From positions 115,756,001 through 115,820,000 of the forward strand of contig NC_086097.1 in NCBI RefSeq assembly GCF_963921235.1: 64,000 nucleotides of DNA, read 5' to 3'. The position numbers were made by a program, and so were the translations under genes. Within the stretch, counting starts at the first letter, position 1. Every line of letters begins with the position of its first letter. The notes under the pieces are model-generated. The model made no database searches. It was not told where the DNA came from and worked only from the letters and a program-made list of their open reading frames with translations. This DNA is from Mobula hypostoma (taxonomy: Eukaryota). Shown here piece after piece: positions 59,285-64,000 of this stretch.

Positions 59285-61255
59285 ATTTATGTGGAGCAGA
59301 ACTGTTTCAGGTCATCCAGGAGTGCTTCTTAAATCAACAAGAGTCCAACAAGAGGAGGGGCTGTACTGGACCTGACGTTGGTAATGAACCTGGCCAGCTG
59401 ACCGACCTTTCATTCGGTGAGCAGTTAGGGAACAGAGACCACAAGTCTTTAAGATAGCTATAGAAACGTACGGACCATGTGGGAGAATATTAAATTGGAG
59501 CAGGGCAAATAATAAGAGCACTAGGCAGGAAATAAGAGAAGTTATTTGGGAAACAGCTGTTTTTGGGCAAGTCCACATTTGACATGTGAAGAGCGTTTAA
59601 AGGCCAACTTGCATAGAGTCCAGGATAGGTATAGTTCTGTCAGAAGGAAAGAATAGCATGGCAAGGTAAGAGAGAGGTGAAGAATTTAGCCAAGAAATAC
59701 AAGGAAAGTTATGTAAGATTTAGGAAGCTAAACTCAAACAGAAGAAGTCAGAAAAGAACTCATGAAAACAATTAAAAAGGCCACACAGGGCATGAAAAGT
59801 CCTTGGCAAGTAGGATTAAAGAGAATCCTAAGACACTCTATAATATATCAACAGCAAGAGGATAACCAGGGAGAGGGTAAGACCACTCAAAGATAAAGGT
59901 GGAGAACATATTCAAGGACGTGAATGAGGTCCTTAATGAGTGCCTTACATTAGTATTTACCAAGAAGGAGGATGTGGAGGATAGGGAGATCAGTGCTGAG
60001 TGTACTAATATGCTGTGGCATTTCGAGGTTAAAGGAGGATGTAGTGTTGGGTCTCCTAAAGAGTATTAAGGTAGTTAAGTCTCCAGGGCTTGATATGATT
60101 TCCCCAAGTTATTGAGGAGGCAAGTGAAGTGATTGTAGAGGCCTTGACCAATTTCTTATGTCCTCTCTAGGCATAGGTGAAGTCTAAGATGACTGGCGAG
60201 TAACTAATTTTGTTCCGTTATTCAAGAAGGGAACCAGGAATAATCCTGGAAACTATAGACTGGTGAGTCTCAGGTCAGTGGTAGGGAAGTTACTGGAGAT
60301 AATTCTTAGGGAAAGGATATATGAGCATTTGGAAAGCCATACCTAATTAGAGACAGCCAACATGGTGTTGAGCAGAAGAAGTTGCGTCTTACTAACTTGA
60401 TTGAGTTTCTTGACGAAGTGATGAGAATGATTAATGAAGGTATAGCTATGGATGGTGTCTACTTGGATTTCAGTAAGGCATTTGAGAAGGTCCATCATGG
60501 AAGGCTCATCCAGAAGATTGAGATGCATGGGATCCATAGTGAACTGGCTTTTTGGATTCTGACTTGCCCACAGAAGACAGACGCTAGTGATTGAAGTGAC
60601 TTATTTGAGCTGGAGGTCTGTGATTAGTGGAGTTCCGAGGGATCTGTACTGAGAACTCTGCTGTTTGTGACATATGTAAATAACCTGGATGAAAATGCAG
60701 ATGGGTGGATTAGTACGCTTGTAAATGATACAAAGATTATTGGTGTTGTGGCAAAGAAAACAATGTGATATTAATAGTTTTCAGATGTGGGCAGAGAAAT
60801 GGAAGATGGAGTTTAACCCAACCAAATGTGAAGTGTTGCACCTTGGTAGGTCAAGTGTAATGGGACAGTACTGTTAAGAGCAAGACACTTACCAGTGTTG
60901 ATGAATAGGAGGGTCTAGGGGTCGAAGTTCATAGCTCCCTGAAAGTGACTGTACAGATTGATAGGGTAATTAAGAAGGCATACAATATGCTTGCCTTCAT
61001 TAGTCGAGGCATTGAGTTCAAAAGTCAGGTAGTTTTGTTGTAGCTTCATAAAACTCTAGTTAGGTTGCATCTGAAGTATTGCTAACAGTTCTGGTCACTC
61101 AATTATAAGAAGAACGTTGAGAGTTTACAGAAGGTAAGAAGAGATTTACCAGGATATGGTAGAGTAACAAACATTAGGGGCGTTTAAGAGACATTTAGTT
61201 AGCCATTTAATTGGTTCTGCATGACATTGTGGCCTGAAGGGGCTGTTCCAGTGTG
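59285..61255 (+). mobile_element. Degraded CR1 ORF2 (APE end to RT) with 3' deletion
   Basis: Homologous to the reverse complement of 40218-42904; YLDFSKAFEKV, KCEVLHLGR. Confidence 0.88.
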
Positions 61256-63260
61256 ATGGATATTCACTTTCTGAGGCATCTTGCTCATGGTTGCTAACCT
61301 TGCTTTCTAAACACTGCTGTCATTTGTAAGATCAAAAACAGATGTGAGTTGTCTTCCAACTGACAGTTAGTTTGGTTTGTGGTCATAAGAGAAAGTCAGT
61401 CTTCATTCCTTAAATGTAAATGGAAAGCAGTATTCAGCTTATAGTTAAACTGGACGTTATAGAGCAGCTTTGAAAACGAGCTCTATATTTTGGCGTACTC
61501 TTTCTGAAAGGAGCAGATGGTCGCTCATAGTATCCTGTCTTTCTGCTTGAGAGTGGAGTAAAAGACGATGGGTTGCTTAATTTACGTTGCTTCAACAGAC
61601 AAGTTGACTCTTAAGTTGATTAATTGAAGGAAGCTTGTAGAACAGATAGGATAATATCATTCAGCATATCAATAACCAATTGATTTTTATAGTTAGAAGG
61701 GTTTTATGTACTCAGAAGTTAGCTTTACAGCATTAATTGTCAACTATCAACATTAAGCTGAGGTATATGTCTCCAAAAGATGCTTTTAGACTATTTGTGT
61801 TCAAAGGATATCTGAAGAAATATCATATGCTCATGTAGTCACCCAAGTGGTAGAAAAAAAAGTATAAATGTAGAGAGCAGTTCAGGCTTATTATGAGTGT
61901 GGAAATGAACATCTAGAAGAAACATGGAAGAAATTAATATCCATTCTAGTGAACAAGGATCCATTCCTCCACTTCTGTTTCTCTGTGAATAACTTGCTTG
62001 TCTGCATCATTGTATACCTTTTTAGTTTATAGAAATGGTACCTGTGTTTTGGAAGTCATTAACCCCTTGTATTTTGGAAATGAAAATGATTTATGTTTAG
62101 GAATTCTTTGTGATTTAGAAATAGTTTTTAATTTGGAAATGTTGAAGATAGAAATTCACTGTGAGGATTAAATGTGTTTTAAGAGTGTTTGGATTTGAAT
62201 GTGTATCACTGTAAAGAATTGCACTGTGTTTTCAGCTACTTTGTTAGCTGGAAGTACCTTCTTGGTAGGGAGAGGGGTCCATCACTCAAATAATGGGTAT
62301 TGGCAGCTAAACTTGCTGTGGGGAATAAACAGGGAAGTAAACTAGTCTTTGAATATTGGGTAGTTACAGTATAATCTCCTTTTACTAAGAGTACACATGG
62401 CAAATTATATCCGATAAGGCTTGAGATCTTCATTAGACTTCAAAATTTTAAGGTCAACAAACCCAATACCATCACCCCTGCACTGTACTGTTCTATGTTC
62501 ATTGTTCTATCTCCTGCCTCATCATTGGAAATATTTGTTGTTTTTATTAGTCATTACAGAATTTACAACCATTTAATTGAATCATTTCACATCAAATATC
62601 ACTGCTGCAGCTGAAATAGTATTTTGCTCATAAAATTTAGAGGAAGGTTCGTTATTACTGCTCTCAATGAAATGAAAACTTTGAAATGATCTTTTGATAG
62701 AGTGGGTGGAATCAGCAGCTCCTAAATACACCGCCTGCATTGTTAAGCAAATTGAGAGCAGTAAGCACATGGGAGCACCACAGCCTACAGGTTGCCTTCC
62801 AAGTTGCTCAACATACACCAATAAATGTTGGGGGTTTACATGGCTGTAAGCATCCCAGCTCGGGTGAAGTCATGTTGCATTGTGCTTGGAAGTGCTTCTA
62901 GCATCCGCGTGGAGTCAGCAACTTCCTCCTACATACCATGTTTTTCTGCATAGGTGGCACACTGAAATCATTTATGGGGTAGCAAATAGATCATTTTCAT
63001 CTGTAATAACCCATTAAGGTATGCTGTCACATAAGACAGATCTACTCCCTTGCCCAGTGTTCTTTACACAATAAGATAAAGTGCTATCCATGAGCGGACC
63101 AGTTAGATATGTACAGATGCAGCGATTATCAGATTTTAATTTCATACAGATATCTTGGGTATTCATGAGTATCTGAGTCTTGCTGAGAATAGCATAAGCT
63201 GGAAGGTTACTCAGAGTTTCTTCTCCACCATCTTGTCCACACCAGAGGTCTGGCAGGCCT

Positions 63261-63400
63261 GAGTCCTGAAGAATAGTCTCAGCCCAAAGCATCAACTGTT
63301 TATTCATTTCCATAGATGTTGCCTGACCTGCTGAGTTCCTCCAGCATTTTGTGGGTGTTGCTTTGGGTTTCCAGCATCTGCAGACTTCCTTGTGTTTATG
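63261..63400 (+). mobile_element. Penelope-like terminus beginning at the hammerhead motif
   Basis: gagtcctgaagaa...caactg then gatgttgcctgacctgctgagttcctccagcattttgtg. Confidence 0.8.
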
Positions 63401-63673
63401 ATTTAACCAGAAGAACTGGTTTTGTGTGAAGGTTAGGAATGCAAGCAATTCATTGAAGTATTACTCCTGCTGATATTTTTTTAATGAAATGTGATGATAT
63501 GTTTGAAGAACCAAAAACCATTATAAAATCTTTTTTTTTGTAGCTTTGGTTTAATGACAGACCGCTGACTCCAATAATACTGACATGAGGATAACAGGGA
63601 ACTATTTAGGCAGCCTGCTGCATATTTCTCTTTTGAAAATATGAGTAAATTGCAATAGAAAATTGGCATAGGA

Positions 63674-64000
63674 CAGCGGTCCCCAACCACCAGGCTGCGG
63701 ACGGGTGCCGGACTGCAAAGCATGTGCTACTGGGCTGCGAGGAAACGATATGATTTGGTGATATGAGTCAGCTGCACCTTTCCTCATTCCCTGTCACGCG
63801 CACTGTTGAGCTTGAACGCACGTGAAGTCATTACCCACACGTCATCCATGTCAGTGCGGAAAGGAGTGCAAATCCTCGAGCTTGCAAATGACGACGGGCT
63901 GAAAAGTATGTTTGACATAACATCTCTGCCGGCATTCTGGATCAAAGCCAAGGCTCAATATCCTGAGATAGCCACAAAAGCACTGAAAACGTTGCTTCCA
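63674..64000 (+). mobile_element. hAT (Charlie/Buster-like) deletion derivative retaining the transposase C-terminal dimerisation region; runs off the window
   Basis: TIR cagcggtccccaacc; 63870-64000 encodes ILELANDDGLKSMFDITSLPAFWIKAKAQYPEIATKALKTLLP. Confidence 0.85.

Overview
Eukaryotic, AT-rich, repeat-dominated DNA with no recognisable host protein-coding exon. It is probably a long intron or intergenic interval. The repeat mix (several CR1 LINE subfamilies, Rex1/Babar-like LINE fragments, Penelope-like elements, tRNA-SINEs) suggests a cartilaginous fish, possibly a ray; this is inference only. Every long ORF is transposon-derived or the antisense shadow of one. Main content: (i) three near-identical young CR1 copies and a 2.7-kb APE+RT CR1 with a perfect TSD; (ii) a HERO/R2-like LINE 3' end with an uninterrupted restriction-like endonuclease; (iii) about 10 Penelope-like terminal repeats, each carrying a minimal type I hammerhead ribozyme motif, plus a decayed parent element (RT + GIY-YIG); (iv) a 12.7-kb nested transposon stack at 46.2-59.0 kb, six layers deep (old CR1 > Gypsy > CR1 > Rex1-like > CR1 > solo LTR), with further Penelope, SINE and RTE-like insertions; (v) Tc1-, Tigger- and hAT-derived MITEs. 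Boundaries and family names were read by eye; no database search or alignment was run.
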